This document shows, piece after piece, positions 55,661 to 64,000 of a DNA stretch of 64,000 nt (positions within the stretch are counted from its first letter, which is position 1; each line of letters begins with the position of its first letter). Where the stretch lies: NCBI GenBank assembly GCA_001824825.1, contig MHTK01000002.1, forward strand, positions 70,020-134,019, written 5' to 3'. The position numbers and the translations under genes are program-made. The notes under the pieces were generated by a model. That model was not told the origin of the DNA, searched no databases, and worked only from the letters and a program-made list of their open reading frames with translations. The DNA is from Candidatus Vogelbacteria bacterium RIFOXYD1_FULL_46_19 (GTDB lineage: Bacteria; Patescibacteriota; Minisyncoccia; Phycocordibacterales; XYD1-FULL-46-19).

Positions 55661-56779
55661 ATGGCCAAAATTCCTTTTAAAAGTATTAAAGAATTAAAAC
55701 CGGTCGCTTTGAAAGGTAAGTATGTCTTGGTGCGGACCGATTTTAACGTGCCGGTCGACCAAGGTCGGGTGACCAACAATTTTCGCCTTAAGCAAGCTTT
55801 ACCAACTTTGGAGTATCTAAGGCGAGCCGGGGCCCGGGTATTGGTGATTAGTCACACGACCGGACCAACCCTAAAGCCTATGGCTTTGGAATTGGAGACT
55901 TTTATTAAAGCTGGTTTTTCCCAGCTTATTTTTGATGATGGTCGTTTCCAAGCGATGCCTGATGGCTCGGTGATGGTGTTGGAAAATTTGCGCGGCCAAG
56001 TGGAAGAAGAAAAAAACAGCGAGTCTTTAGCCAAACGGCTGGCCTCTTTGGCTGATGTTTATGTCAACGACGCCTTTTCGGCCTCTCATCGCCGGCACGC
56101 CTCTATTGTAAGCTTGCCTAAACACTTACCGAGCTACGCCGGTTTAAATTTTGGGCGTGAGTATACAGAGTTATCTAAAATTTTTAAAGCGCCAAAACCA
56201 TTTACGATAATTTTAGGGGGAGCTAAATTTTCCACTAAGTTGCCCTTGGTAGAGTCGCTCCTGCCTAAGGCCGACCACATTTTTGTCGGTGGGGCCCTGG
56301 CTCACACTTTTTTTCGTAAGCTAGGTTATGAAATCGGCAAATCGCTAGTAGAAGAAGATATGAGAGGTCTGACAGAGTTGCTAAAAAATAAAAAAATAAT
56401 TTTACCGACCGATGTAGTGGTAAAAACCGCTGAGGGTTCAGAAGTTAAACAACTAGAAAGCATCCGCCGGCAAGATATAATCGTAGACGTTGGACCGGCC
56501 ACTTTGAAACAATTAAGTAAACTTGTGCGTGAGTCCAAATTTATTTTATGGAATGGGCCGTTGGGAAATTTTGAAAAGGGTTTTGCCGGGGGTACCGAGA
56601 AACTGGCGCGTATCGTGGCGCGGGCCGATGCTTATTCCGTGGTGGGCGGTGGGGATACGGTGGCAGCTATTGAAAATTTAAAGTTGGCGGAAAAATTTAA
56701 CCACCTATCAACGGCCGGCGGAGCGATGATGGAATTTTTGGCCACCGGTACTTTACCGGGGATTGAAGCCTTAAAATAA
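55661..56779 (+). CDS. pgk: phosphoglycerate kinase
   Basis: VLVRTDFNVP N-terminal signature, GGAKFSTKL, GGGDT. Confidence 0.9.
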   Translation: MAKIPFKSIKELKPVALKGKYVLVRTDFNVPVDQGRVTNNFRLKQALPTLEYLRRAGARVLVISHTTGPTLKPMALELETFIKAGFSQLIFDDGRFQAMPDGSVMVLENLRGQVEEEKNSESLAKRLASLADVYVNDAFSASHRRHASIVSLPKHLPSYAGLNFGREYTELSKIFKAPKPFTIILGGAKFSTKLPLVESLLPKADHIFVGGALAHTFFRKLGYEIGKSLVEEDMRGLTELLKNKKIILPTDVVVKTAEGSEVKQLESIRRQDIIVDVGPATLKQLSKLVRESKFILWNGPLGNFEKGFAGGTEKLARIVARADAYSVVGGGDTVAAIENLKLAEKFNHLSTAGGAMMEFLATGTLPGIEALK

Positions 56780-56853
56780 TAAATTTGACATCCATCTCTA
56801 GTAGCGTATTCTCTGTTTCAGATATCTAGGAACTTTGACTAAAGGAGTGATAG

Positions 56854-58428
56854 ATGAAAAGAGTGGTGACACAAAGGGTGTCGGCTGAGCAACTCTATAA
56901 TTCGGATGATACTTTGCGTCTTCGTGACGTAGTGTATTTTCCTGGGAGTTGGGGTAAGCCGATTGAAGATGAAGATTTAGTTCAGGTGCTTAAGCTACTG
57001 TGGTTTCAGGAGCGAGCCGGTCGAGAGAGTTTGCGGTGGTTCGGTGAGCACCCCGGTTTTGTGATGGACACTCTCCAATCTTTTTATGAGGTGGATATTG
57101 GTTGCTATTGTGGACTCGAGCCTGCTTGGATTCACGATCTACCGAGAAGTCTCAGAAGACATCTTCGGGTACTGGGAGATATAGCCGCCCAGCGGGCCCC
57201 TCAAGACGTCTTCCAACTAATCCCGCAGCTACCGTTTACCGGCTTTGGACTGTCGGTGGAAGAAGGAGGGATGGTTGAGGCGGTGTATCGACACTGGCCT
57301 TTGCCAAGACTCGCTCGGGTGCGTCAGTTAGGGATGTTATCTCTTCCAGTTGTTGGACCAGAGCGACCCCACTTTTATGGTATCGGCTTTCAGCATACGC
57401 GTTATGTGCATAGTCTGATTGCGTATGCTTTTGCCACTTTGTGGGCGACCACTTGTGGCTTGACGGAGGACGAAAGTACAGTGATTAGACTAGCGGCTTT
57501 AACTCATGATCTCTTGACGCCGGCTGGTAGCGACACTACTAAACAGGTGGATCCGGTTCGTTTTGATGAAGACGCCAACTACTTCCGTTTGTTCGAACAC
57601 CCCGGTTGGCCCGCTTTAGCGGACAAATTCCAGGTTAACCAGTCGTTACTTTTAGAGACGATTGCCGGCCAAGGCCCTTTGGGCAAGCTTCTAGATTTGG
57701 CCGACAAGCTGTCCTACACCTTGGTGGACGCTGATAGTTTGCGTCGCCAACTACCGCGTGGCGTAATAGACTCGCCCGAGCTTGACTTGTTCCACCGGTT
57801 ACTGGAGAGCTATCCCTTTATTTTAAGCTGGTGGGATAGGGTGATGATGATGGAAGGACAAATGGTGGTAGCGTCGCCTCGGCGACTGGCGAATTTTCTC
57901 TTGTTGAGGGCGCTTATGTTCAAGATTCTTTACTTGAATCCGGCGGCCCGTTTGGTAGAGGAGGTTTACGGTTTAGCTCTTCGTTTTCTCTATGAACGAG
58001 GCGAGGTGACCACTTGCGACTTGCTCGATGGTGGGGACGAGGTAGTTAAAACCAAAGTGTTGGCGCTATTAGGGGAAAGCGACCTCCTTTCTGGTGATGA
58101 TGATATGTGGCGGCCTCGTCTCCAAATGTTTGAAACAGAAAAGGAGGCAGTAGACTACGAACAAACTATTCATCCACCGTGGATCGCTATTCGGACGGTC
58201 CGGCGCCCCATTAAATCGGCCCTGGATTCTTTCCCTGTTCTCTATTGCGGGCGGGTGGAATCACTACGCTTAGTCAGACCGGCAGAGGCGACCGAGATTG
58301 AGCGACTAATTGCTATTGATCGGCCATATTGCGTTTACTCTTGGTCTATTGAAGAAATTCGTCGCAACGGATCAAGAGAATTTGCTGGTTGGCTTGAAGG
58401 TGGAGGTGGAAGTATCGTTTCTCATTAG
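56854..58428 (+). CDS. HD-domain-containing protein
   Basis: HTRYVHSLIAYAFATL...AALTHDLLTPAGSD consistent with HD phosphohydrolase fold; rest unassigned. Confidence 0.5.
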   Translation: MKRVVTQRVSAEQLYNSDDTLRLRDVVYFPGSWGKPIEDEDLVQVLKLLWFQERAGRESLRWFGEHPGFVMDTLQSFYEVDIGCYCGLEPAWIHDLPRSLRRHLRVLGDIAAQRAPQDVFQLIPQLPFTGFGLSVEEGGMVEAVYRHWPLPRLARVRQLGMLSLPVVGPERPHFYGIGFQHTRYVHSLIAYAFATLWATTCGLTEDESTVIRLAALTHDLLTPAGSDTTKQVDPVRFDEDANYFRLFEHPGWPALADKFQVNQSLLLETIAGQGPLGKLLDLADKLSYTLVDADSLRRQLPRGVIDSPELDLFHRLLESYPFILSWWDRVMMMEGQMVVASPRRLANFLLLRALMFKILYLNPAARLVEEVYGLALRFLYERGEVTTCDLLDGGDEVVKTKVLALLGESDLLSGDDDMWRPRLQMFETEKEAVDYEQTIHPPWIAIRTVRRPIKSALDSFPVLYCGRVESLRLVRPAEATEIERLIAIDRPYCVYSWSIEEIRRNGSREFAGWLEGGGGSIVSH

Positions 58429-58451
58429 TTGTACTCTGTGGCAACAAATCA

Positions 58452-58492
58452 GGGCCACGAGCGTCTTTGCGTTCGTGGCCCCTTTTATATTT
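58452..58492 (+). terminator. putative terminator after HD-domain gene
   Basis: gggccacgagcg tctttgc gttcgtggccc hairpin then cttttatatttt. Confidence 0.45.
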
Positions 58493-58514
58493 TATACTAT
58501 GTATTTAAAGTCTC

Positions 58515-58919
58515 TTACTCTTTTTGCTCAGAAGTTAGAGTGTCTTTAATAAGTTGAGCATTGGTGGTGAAATCTTTTTTGTCCCCTCGAGCTTTAGAGC
58601 TGGGATAGACCCAGATGTGGGCGTGGGGCACTTCGTCACCCACAATTTTAGATAAAATCCACTCGGTATTAAAGGCTTGTCTTTGGGCTAAGGCTACTTT
58701 ATGAGCGACGGCAAAATATTTTTCGATGGTGGGCCCCTCCTTCGCCAAGGCTTCGGCGGGCAGGTCCCAAACCCAGCGGTAATGTTTTTTGGGTATCACT
58801 TGGACGTGGCCAACGGACTGTGGGTTGATATCGAGGAAGGCTAAAAAATTTTCATCCTCGTACACAGTATAAGACGGAATCTCACCAGCGACTATTTTAC
58901 AAAAAAGGCAATCGTTCAT
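58515..58919 (-). CDS. HIT (histidine triad) family protein
   Basis: CLFCKIVAGEIP N-terminus and HxHxHxx-type HAHIWVY motif. Confidence 0.85.
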   Translation of the reverse strand: MNDCLFCKIVAGEIPSYTVYEDENFLAFLDINPQSVGHVQVIPKKHYRWVWDLPAEALAKEGPTIEKYFAVAHKVALAQRQAFNTEWILSKIVGDEVPHAHIWVYPSSKARGDKKDFTTNAQLIKDTLTSEQKE

Positions 58920-59003
58920 TAGTTTACTATAGCAAAATTAATTAATAGTCGTCCAAGTTAACCATTTTAGGTGAGGTCTGTAACTTGAGTTATAATAGCC
59001 AAG

Positions 59004-60740
59004 ATGCAAAAACGCTGGCTATTAAAACAAACGACCAGCCATTCGGACCTGGCGGGCTTGACTGAACTTTCAGCCACGATTTTAGCTAATCGCGGAGTTA
59101 CCTCAGGGCTTGAGGTTGCGGCTACCATTAGTCCCGACTATGCCGAGCACTTGCATGACCCTTTTTTAATGAAGGATATGGCGGGTGGAGTAAAACGCAT
59201 TCTCCAAGCGATAAAAAAGCAGGAAAAAATATTAATTTTTGGTGATTATGACGCCGACGGAGTACCAGCCTCCGCGGTTCTCGCTTGTTTTTTCAAACAA
59301 ATCGGTTACGAGCATTTTGATGTTTATATACCCGATCGCCACAATGAACAGTACGGCTTGTCGGTCGCCTCGATAGAAAAGTTTGCTGGGGAAGGGGTGA
59401 AGCTCATTATCACTGTCGATTGTGGGGTTTCCAATATCAAGGAGATTAAACGAGCCGGGGAGTTGGATCTCGAGGTGGTGGTGACCGATCATCACTTGCC
59501 ACCAGCCGAGTTGCCCCCGGCGGTGGCGGTGATTAATCCGAAGCGCTTGGATGATACCTATCCTTACAAATTTTTAGCGGGTACCGGGGTGGCTTTTAAG
59601 CTGGTGCAAGCTCTGATGGCTAAAGGTAAATTTACTGCGATTAAACCGGGTTGGGAAAAATGGCTCCTGGATCTGGTGGCGATTGCGACCGTGGCTGATA
59701 TGGTGCCGATGACGGGCGAAAACAAAGTGTTAACGCGCTTTGGACTGTTGGTACTTAAAAAAACCAGACGGGTTGGTCTGCTTGCCCTATTTAAAGCTTT
59801 GAAGTTGAAGCAACAATTTCTAGTGGAAGAAGATATTGGTTTTATGATCGGACCAAGGCTAAACTCGGCCGGTCGGATGTCGCATGCTTCGCAAGCTTAT
59901 TTTTTGTTAATGACGGATAATGACACGGAGGCCAGAACTATTACCACTCACTTGGAAGAAAAAAACCAAGAGCGGCGTAGTCAAGTGACTGACATTTTGG
60001 CGGAAGCGGATTTAAAGTATCAAGCGGCTGAAATTCCAGCGGTCGTGGTCTTAGGGCGGACGGAGTGGGGACTGGGAGTTTTGGGTCTCGCGGCGGCGCG
60101 GATTTCGGAAAAGTATAAGCGGACCACTTTTATTTGGGCCAAAAACGGCAATGGCGAAATCAAGGGTTCTTGTCGTTCGGGCGGTGAAGTAAATGTGGTG
60201 GATTTAATGGCGGCGGCCGGCGGGCGAGAATTCTTTTCCGACTTTGGGGGGCATGCTTTTGCGGGCGGATTTTCTTTGCCAGAGTCGCGCTTGGAACAGT
60301 TGGAGGAGACTCTCCTTAAGGCTTATGAAGATTTGCCTAAAACCGAAGTTATTGAGGAAGAGGAGGCCGATGCCAAGATTGGTCTTGATGATATTACTTG
60401 GGCTACTTTCAGCGAGGTAGAAAAGCTGGCACCGTATGGTTTGGAATTTCCGAAACCGGTGTTTTGGTTAGAGGGGGTGGAAATTGTGGCCGCTAAAAGT
60501 TTTGGTAAAACCGGTGGTCACGTGGAGCTGGTGTTTAAAAATTCTAAAGGGGAGTCGATACCAGCCATCGCCTTTTTTTCATGCGAGGGAGAACTGGCCT
60601 ATGACCAAGGCCACATTTGGCTCGGAGTAAATTTAGCCCCTGGTCGGCGAGTAGACGTACTTGCTAATATTGAGAAATCAACTTTTAAATACAAGCCGGA
60701 ACTCCGCTTGCGTATAGTTGACTTAAAGCAAAGTATTTGA
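59004..60740 (+). CDS. recJ: single-stranded-DNA-specific exonuclease RecJ
   Basis: DHH motifs ILIFGDYDADGV, ITVDCG, VVTDHH; DHHA1 GGGHAFAGG. Confidence 0.9.
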   Translation: MQKRWLLKQTTSHSDLAGLTELSATILANRGVTSGLEVAATISPDYAEHLHDPFLMKDMAGGVKRILQAIKKQEKILIFGDYDADGVPASAVLACFFKQIGYEHFDVYIPDRHNEQYGLSVASIEKFAGEGVKLIITVDCGVSNIKEIKRAGELDLEVVVTDHHLPPAELPPAVAVINPKRLDDTYPYKFLAGTGVAFKLVQALMAKGKFTAIKPGWEKWLLDLVAIATVADMVPMTGENKVLTRFGLLVLKKTRRVGLLALFKALKLKQQFLVEEDIGFMIGPRLNSAGRMSHASQAYFLLMTDNDTEARTITTHLEEKNQERRSQVTDILAEADLKYQAAEIPAVVVLGRTEWGLGVLGLAAARISEKYKRTTFIWAKNGNGEIKGSCRSGGEVNVVDLMAAAGGREFFSDFGGHAFAGGFSLPESRLEQLEETLLKAYEDLPKTEVIEEEEADAKIGLDDITWATFSEVEKLAPYGLEFPKPVFWLEGVEIVAAKSFGKTGGHVELVFKNSKGESIPAIAFFSCEGELAYDQGHIWLGVNLAPGRRVDVLANIEKSTFKYKPELRLRIVDLKQSI

Positions 60741-60792
60741 TATAATATAAAGAGATAAGTCTTAGTCAAAAACCCACCAAAGGAGGTGTGCG

Positions 60793-61422
60793 ATGAGTTT
60801 CTTTAAGGTTTTGCTGATAGTGGCCTGGGTCAGTCTTGTAACAGTGGCCGGAGGTGAAGACGAAACCCCAACCGGGGTGTTGTCGGGAGTGGTAATTGAG
60901 GGTCAAGTGGAGATTAGGGAAAATCCCCACGCCGTTCCGACCGAAGAGTTTGTGGAGGCCTGCCGGAAGGAGATGCCCGTTGGGTCTCGGTTTTGGCAGG
61001 GTAAAACTTACCTGCGCTACTCGGGTCGCCAGATCGACTTTGAAATTGATCATCCACCCTTTGAGGGGTTACCCGCTGGTAAAGCGGACCGACGGCCGGT
61101 GGTGAAGCTGGTCGAAGCTATGGATTTGCCGACCCCGGCCAACTTTCGGCGGCCAGCTGACTGGTTTGGCTGGCAAACGGCAGCCGGCGAGGTGATCTTA
61201 AAGTTCGGTGGGTGCCTCGAAACCTTCGAGCTGAACCTTTTGCGGGTAGTGAGGGAGGAGGGCGAGGACTGGCAGTCAGAGTCGGTATACACAATGGGTT
61301 TCAATCGAGATCAGTTGATGGGTACCACGATCCGGGTGGGGAAGCTTCCACACCAAGAGGATTTAACTCCTTTAATGGCCAAGTTGGAGGAGCTCGGTGT
61401 TGTCGAGCCGCTGGCCCAGTAA
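60793..61422 (+). CDS. hypothetical secreted protein
   Basis: 209 aa with signal peptide. Confidence 0.5.
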   Translation: MSFFKVLLIVAWVSLVTVAGGEDETPTGVLSGVVIEGQVEIRENPHAVPTEEFVEACRKEMPVGSRFWQGKTYLRYSGRQIDFEIDHPPFEGLPAGKADRRPVVKLVEAMDLPTPANFRRPADWFGWQTAAGEVILKFGGCLETFELNLLRVVREEGEDWQSESVYTMGFNRDQLMGTTIRVGKLPHQEDLTPLMAKLEELGVVEPLAQ

Positions 61423-61532
61423 ATAAATAAGATAAAGTTTTTTCCACCGGTGAGCCATAGCTTTGGCCCGCCGGTTATTTTTATCCCCATTTTTAGTTGA
61501 GTTAAATAATCTACGGTATATTATAAACTTAA

Positions 61533-63020
61533 ATGAAGCTAAAACTTATTGTAATCATAGTTGTAAGTCTGATGACACTGGGGTTTGGAGTTGGTTCGAC
61601 CTTAGCTCAGACCGTACCGCCTATTTGTAACCGTAATTTTCCCAATGAGTTAACGAAAAATTTGTTTGAAAATCCAGTGGGGTGTGCTTGTAGTAACAGT
61701 GCAACAAATCCATCTTTTTATCCTGGTTATAATCATCGAATTTTTACTTATTATGAATGGCCAGCGGGAACAGTCTGGGGGCCTTCTATGTATTGTCGAT
61801 ACCCCGGGGACCCGTTTAATCCACCTAGTACTGCCGTGGGCAAGGTTGAATATTGTGCGGATTTAGACGAGGGCCGATTTTGGTGGAGGAGTTCTTTGCA
61901 ACAGTATTATACTGGGCACTTACAAGGGAGGTACGCTTCCTTGCTTGATTTTGCTGCCATTAAACAAAGAAACGGCCCAAATGTCCCCGAAAATCAACGT
62001 CAAGAATTTTTATTTTGTGAAGGGAACGATTGGCATGAGTGTAGCACTAATCAAAACTGTGCCTATCAGCCCAAAGGGTATGGTCATAGTGAAGCTACTA
62101 GTAAATGTTTGGTAAATAAATACTCTCCGCCCGGCCGAAAAACTTGCCACTTTTTAAAAGATATTAAATTAGACGGTATTACTGTTTCTTCCCCTAAAGC
62201 CAGGGTTATATTTTTAGTGGACGCCACAGGCCGGCGGGACACTTTTGATGCAGCCGCGGTGGCTAAAACATTGGCGACAGCCGTGGCTAATACTGAACCA
62301 TTTAAGACTGTGCAACAAGAAAAGGGCTCAATTCAATTTTTATATATTGCGGGGGACATTGGCTCACAAATACCACCTCGGGAATTTGTTAAAAGTCATG
62401 ATGAAAGATGGACAATCAGTGATGGAGCACGGGACGATATTGAAAAATATATGAAGAAAATTGCTGGACAGGTAACTAATCAAAAGACTGTAATGGTTTT
62501 TATCGATGCTTCAATGAATAAACCTAGTCAGAACCCGGATGATATCATTGCTTTTGGGGGCGTACAGTTTGTTTATATGCCTTACTCGGCAAATTCTTTT
62601 GACAATAAAACGACAATAGTTCATGAGTTGGGCCATTCGCTATTTGATTTAAGTGACGAATATTCTTATCTAGAGGGTGGATTAGATCGATCTCATTATA
62701 GTTTAGGTCTAAATGTTATATCACAAATTTCTGTGTATGGCGTTAGGGGGTTTATATGTCATAAATTTGATGATTACAGTCTTAAATGGCCTAATTGCTA
62801 CGGTATAGGCTCTAATCAAGAAACCCATGAAGGCTTGACTGTGTGGAAATCGACCCAAAACAGTGTAATGAACGATCCGTGGGAGGAGGATAGATATAAT
62901 GTTATTAGTTGTGCCAGCATTCTGCGAGAACTGGGTTATGAAAGTGATTTAAATAAGGCAGTTAGAAAGTGTCAAACACCGCCTATATCCTTAGGAATAA
63001 TTCAAAATGAAAATCAATAA
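61533..63020 (+). CDS. secreted Cys-rich zinc metallopeptidase-like protein (HEXXH)
   Basis: Signal peptide, many Cys in N-terminal half, TTIVHELGHSLFDLSDEY zinc-binding motif; AT-rich codon usage. Confidence 0.6.
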   Translation: MKLKLIVIIVVSLMTLGFGVGSTLAQTVPPICNRNFPNELTKNLFENPVGCACSNSATNPSFYPGYNHRIFTYYEWPAGTVWGPSMYCRYPGDPFNPPSTAVGKVEYCADLDEGRFWWRSSLQQYYTGHLQGRYASLLDFAAIKQRNGPNVPENQRQEFLFCEGNDWHECSTNQNCAYQPKGYGHSEATSKCLVNKYSPPGRKTCHFLKDIKLDGITVSSPKARVIFLVDATGRRDTFDAAAVAKTLATAVANTEPFKTVQQEKGSIQFLYIAGDIGSQIPPREFVKSHDERWTISDGARDDIEKYMKKIAGQVTNQKTVMVFIDASMNKPSQNPDDIIAFGGVQFVYMPYSANSFDNKTTIVHELGHSLFDLSDEYSYLEGGLDRSHYSLGLNVISQISVYGVRGFICHKFDDYSLKWPNCYGIGSNQETHEGLTVWKSTQNSVMNDPWEEDRYNVISCASILRELGYESDLNKAVRKCQTPPISLGIIQNENQ

Positions 63021-64000
63021 ATCGATTTTAAAATATTTGGGTCTCACTTTAATACTCGTAGTGGGGGTATTGTCTTTGGGGTGGCACGGGGATGAGTACT
63101 TAAGTTTTACCGTTTACGCCGGTAACTCGCTGGCGCGGACGGCCAAAAGTTTGCTGGCCCAAGTGTCCTCTAGTGTTTCTTCGCCTATTGTTTCCAGTGT
63201 AGATTTAATGGGATCGGGAGTGGTGGGCAACAGCTGGCAAGTGGGGACCACCAACACTGTAACTTGGTCTTACGGCAATTTTAGTCCCACAGTAAAAACC
63301 GTATCCTTAAGCTTGTGTAACCCGATTACCTCAGGATCGTTTGAGTATTGCATTTTGATGAGTCATGGGCCTGATCAGCCGCAAAATAAAGTTGTATCAG
63401 GCGATGGTCAGATAGCGGGCACCGCCACCTCTCTCCAACCTCTCGGCCAAGCGGTAGTATCAAAACATATCAATCCTTACTACCACCTCTCAGTGGAAGA
63501 AAAGAAAGCTAAAGGGGCGCTCCTGGCCGCAGCCTTTAGTGGATATCGTACTAGAATTAAAGTTTGTCCGACTGATGATTTAGGCCAAACACCGGGTGGG
63601 GCGAGATGTGCTTACAGCCAAATCTATTACGTTAGTGACCCAGCTAATCCGCCACCATCTAGTGAACCATCAGTGACCACTTTCCCGCCAACGGTGTTCA
63701 CGGTTAATATTAGCGGTAGTGGTATGGTTTCTAATACTCGCTGGCAAGTGGGCACCTCTAATACCTTAAGTTGGACTTATAAAGATTTTAGTAGCACTGC
63801 TAAAACTGTATCTCTAAGCCTATGTAATCCAGCCCTCTCCGGGACTAATGAATACTGTATTTTGATGAGCCGGGGACCCAATCAACCACAAAATAAAGTT
63901 GTATCAGGCGATGGTCAGGTAGCGGGCACCGCCACCTCCCTCCAGCCCCTCGGCCAAGCAGTGGTATCAAATTACATCAACCCTTACTATTATCTGTCGA
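63007..64000 (+). CDS. secreted tandem-domain repeat protein (5' partial in window, continues past end)
   Basis: ATG 63007 overlaps upstream stop by 14 nt; signal-anchor MKINKSILKYLGLTLILVVGVL; two ~180-aa homologous domains visible (…CNPITSGSFEYCILMSHGPDQPQNKVVSGDGQIAGTATSLQPLGQAVV… repeated). Confidence 0.6.
   Translation, partial: MKINKSILKYLGLTLILVVGVLSLGWHGDEYLSFTVYAGNSLARTAKSLLAQVSSSVSSPIVSSVDLMGSGVVGNSWQVGTTNTVTWSYGNFSPTVKTVSLSLCNPITSGSFEYCILMSHGPDQPQNKVVSGDGQIAGTATSLQPLGQAVVSKHINPYYHLSVEEKKAKGALLAAAFSGYRTRIKVCPTDDLGQTPGGARCAYSQIYYVSDPANPPPSSEPSVTTFPPTVFTVNISGSGMVSNTRWQVGTSNTLSWTYKDFSSTAKTVSLSLCNPALSGTNEYCILMSRGPNQPQNKVVSGDGQVAGTATSLQPLGQAVVSNYINPYYYLS
63130..64000 (+). repeat. tandem ~540-nt coding repeat (about 85% identical units, second unit truncated by window end)
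   Basis: 63380-63480 region (aaagttgtatcaggcgatggtcagatagcgggcaccgccacctc...) recurs at 63895-63990 with few substitutions. Confidence 0.65.

Noticed and set aside
1-64000. Alternative genetic code (UGA recoding as in some CPR lineages) or CRISPR/retron/DGR elements
   Set aside because: Standard-code ORFs are long and contiguous with TGA/TAA/TAG terminating genes. The one in-frame stop in VirB4 is TAA, which is not recoded in code 25. No repeat-spacer arrays or reverse-transcriptase motifs (YxDD) were seen.

Overview
This 64-kb window reads as a gene-dense bacterial chromosomal segment with short intergenic spacers and many overlapping start/stop codons. By inference it comes from a reduced-genome, CPR/Patescibacteria-like organism (for example an epibiotic Saccharibacteria-type lineage); I cannot confirm that without a database search. 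The standard genetic code appears to be in use: long ORFs are intact with TGA, TAA and TAG as stops.

Contents, in order:
- **1–10456 (minus strand):** a Gram-positive-style type IV secretion (T4SS)-like operon.
  - Its components are a membrane-anchored protein, a 1069-aa secreted protein with 11-residue repeats, a VirB6-like polytopic protein with a long charged tail, a PrgI/VirB3-like two-TM protein, and a VirB4-like ATPase.
  - The VirB4-like ATPase is interrupted by one in-frame TAA into a 214-aa N-domain ORF and a 606-aa ATPase ORF.
  - The operon ends with a small membrane protein.
  - Nearby are a secreted peptidoglycan-binding protein, ksgA, uvrD/pcrA, a VirD4/TraG-like coupling ATPase and a LysM-M23 peptidase.
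- **19–28.7 kb:** housekeeping genes (LOG, an ABC exporter, comM, a DksA/TraR zinc finger, pnp).
- **28.86–32.8 kb:** an AT-rich three-gene islet lies between pnp and its usual partner rpsO.
  - It encodes a SAM-methyltransferase/Rossmann fusion, a 2-hydroxyacid dehydrogenase with an insertion, and a TrmB regulator.
- **34.9–43.6 kb:** a Xer-type recombinase, cca, and four tRNA genes (Arg-TCG, Gly-GCC, Pro-TGG, Gly-TCC).
  - The two tRNA-Gly genes face each other 5.2 kb apart.
  - Each is followed by a nearly identical ~200-nt structured trailer module.
  - Each module ends in an 18–22-nt direct repeat of its own tRNA 3' end.
  - tRNA-Pro is flanked by a 5'-half copy and a 3'-half copy that carries compensatory T-stem changes.
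  - The enclosed segment contains a GC-rich patch and envelope/secreted genes.
- **43.6–64 kb:** core genes (Nudix, an aminotransferase, HU, rny, clpP, tig, ppa, nusA, tpiA, pgk, recJ, HIT, an HD protein).
  - Also here are a GC-rich orphan gene with a consensus promoter, a catalytically degenerate PilB/GspE-like protein, and a terminal cluster of secreted proteins (an HEXXH metalloprotease and a tandem-domain repeat protein running off the window).

No rRNA, CRISPR array or reverse transcriptase was seen.
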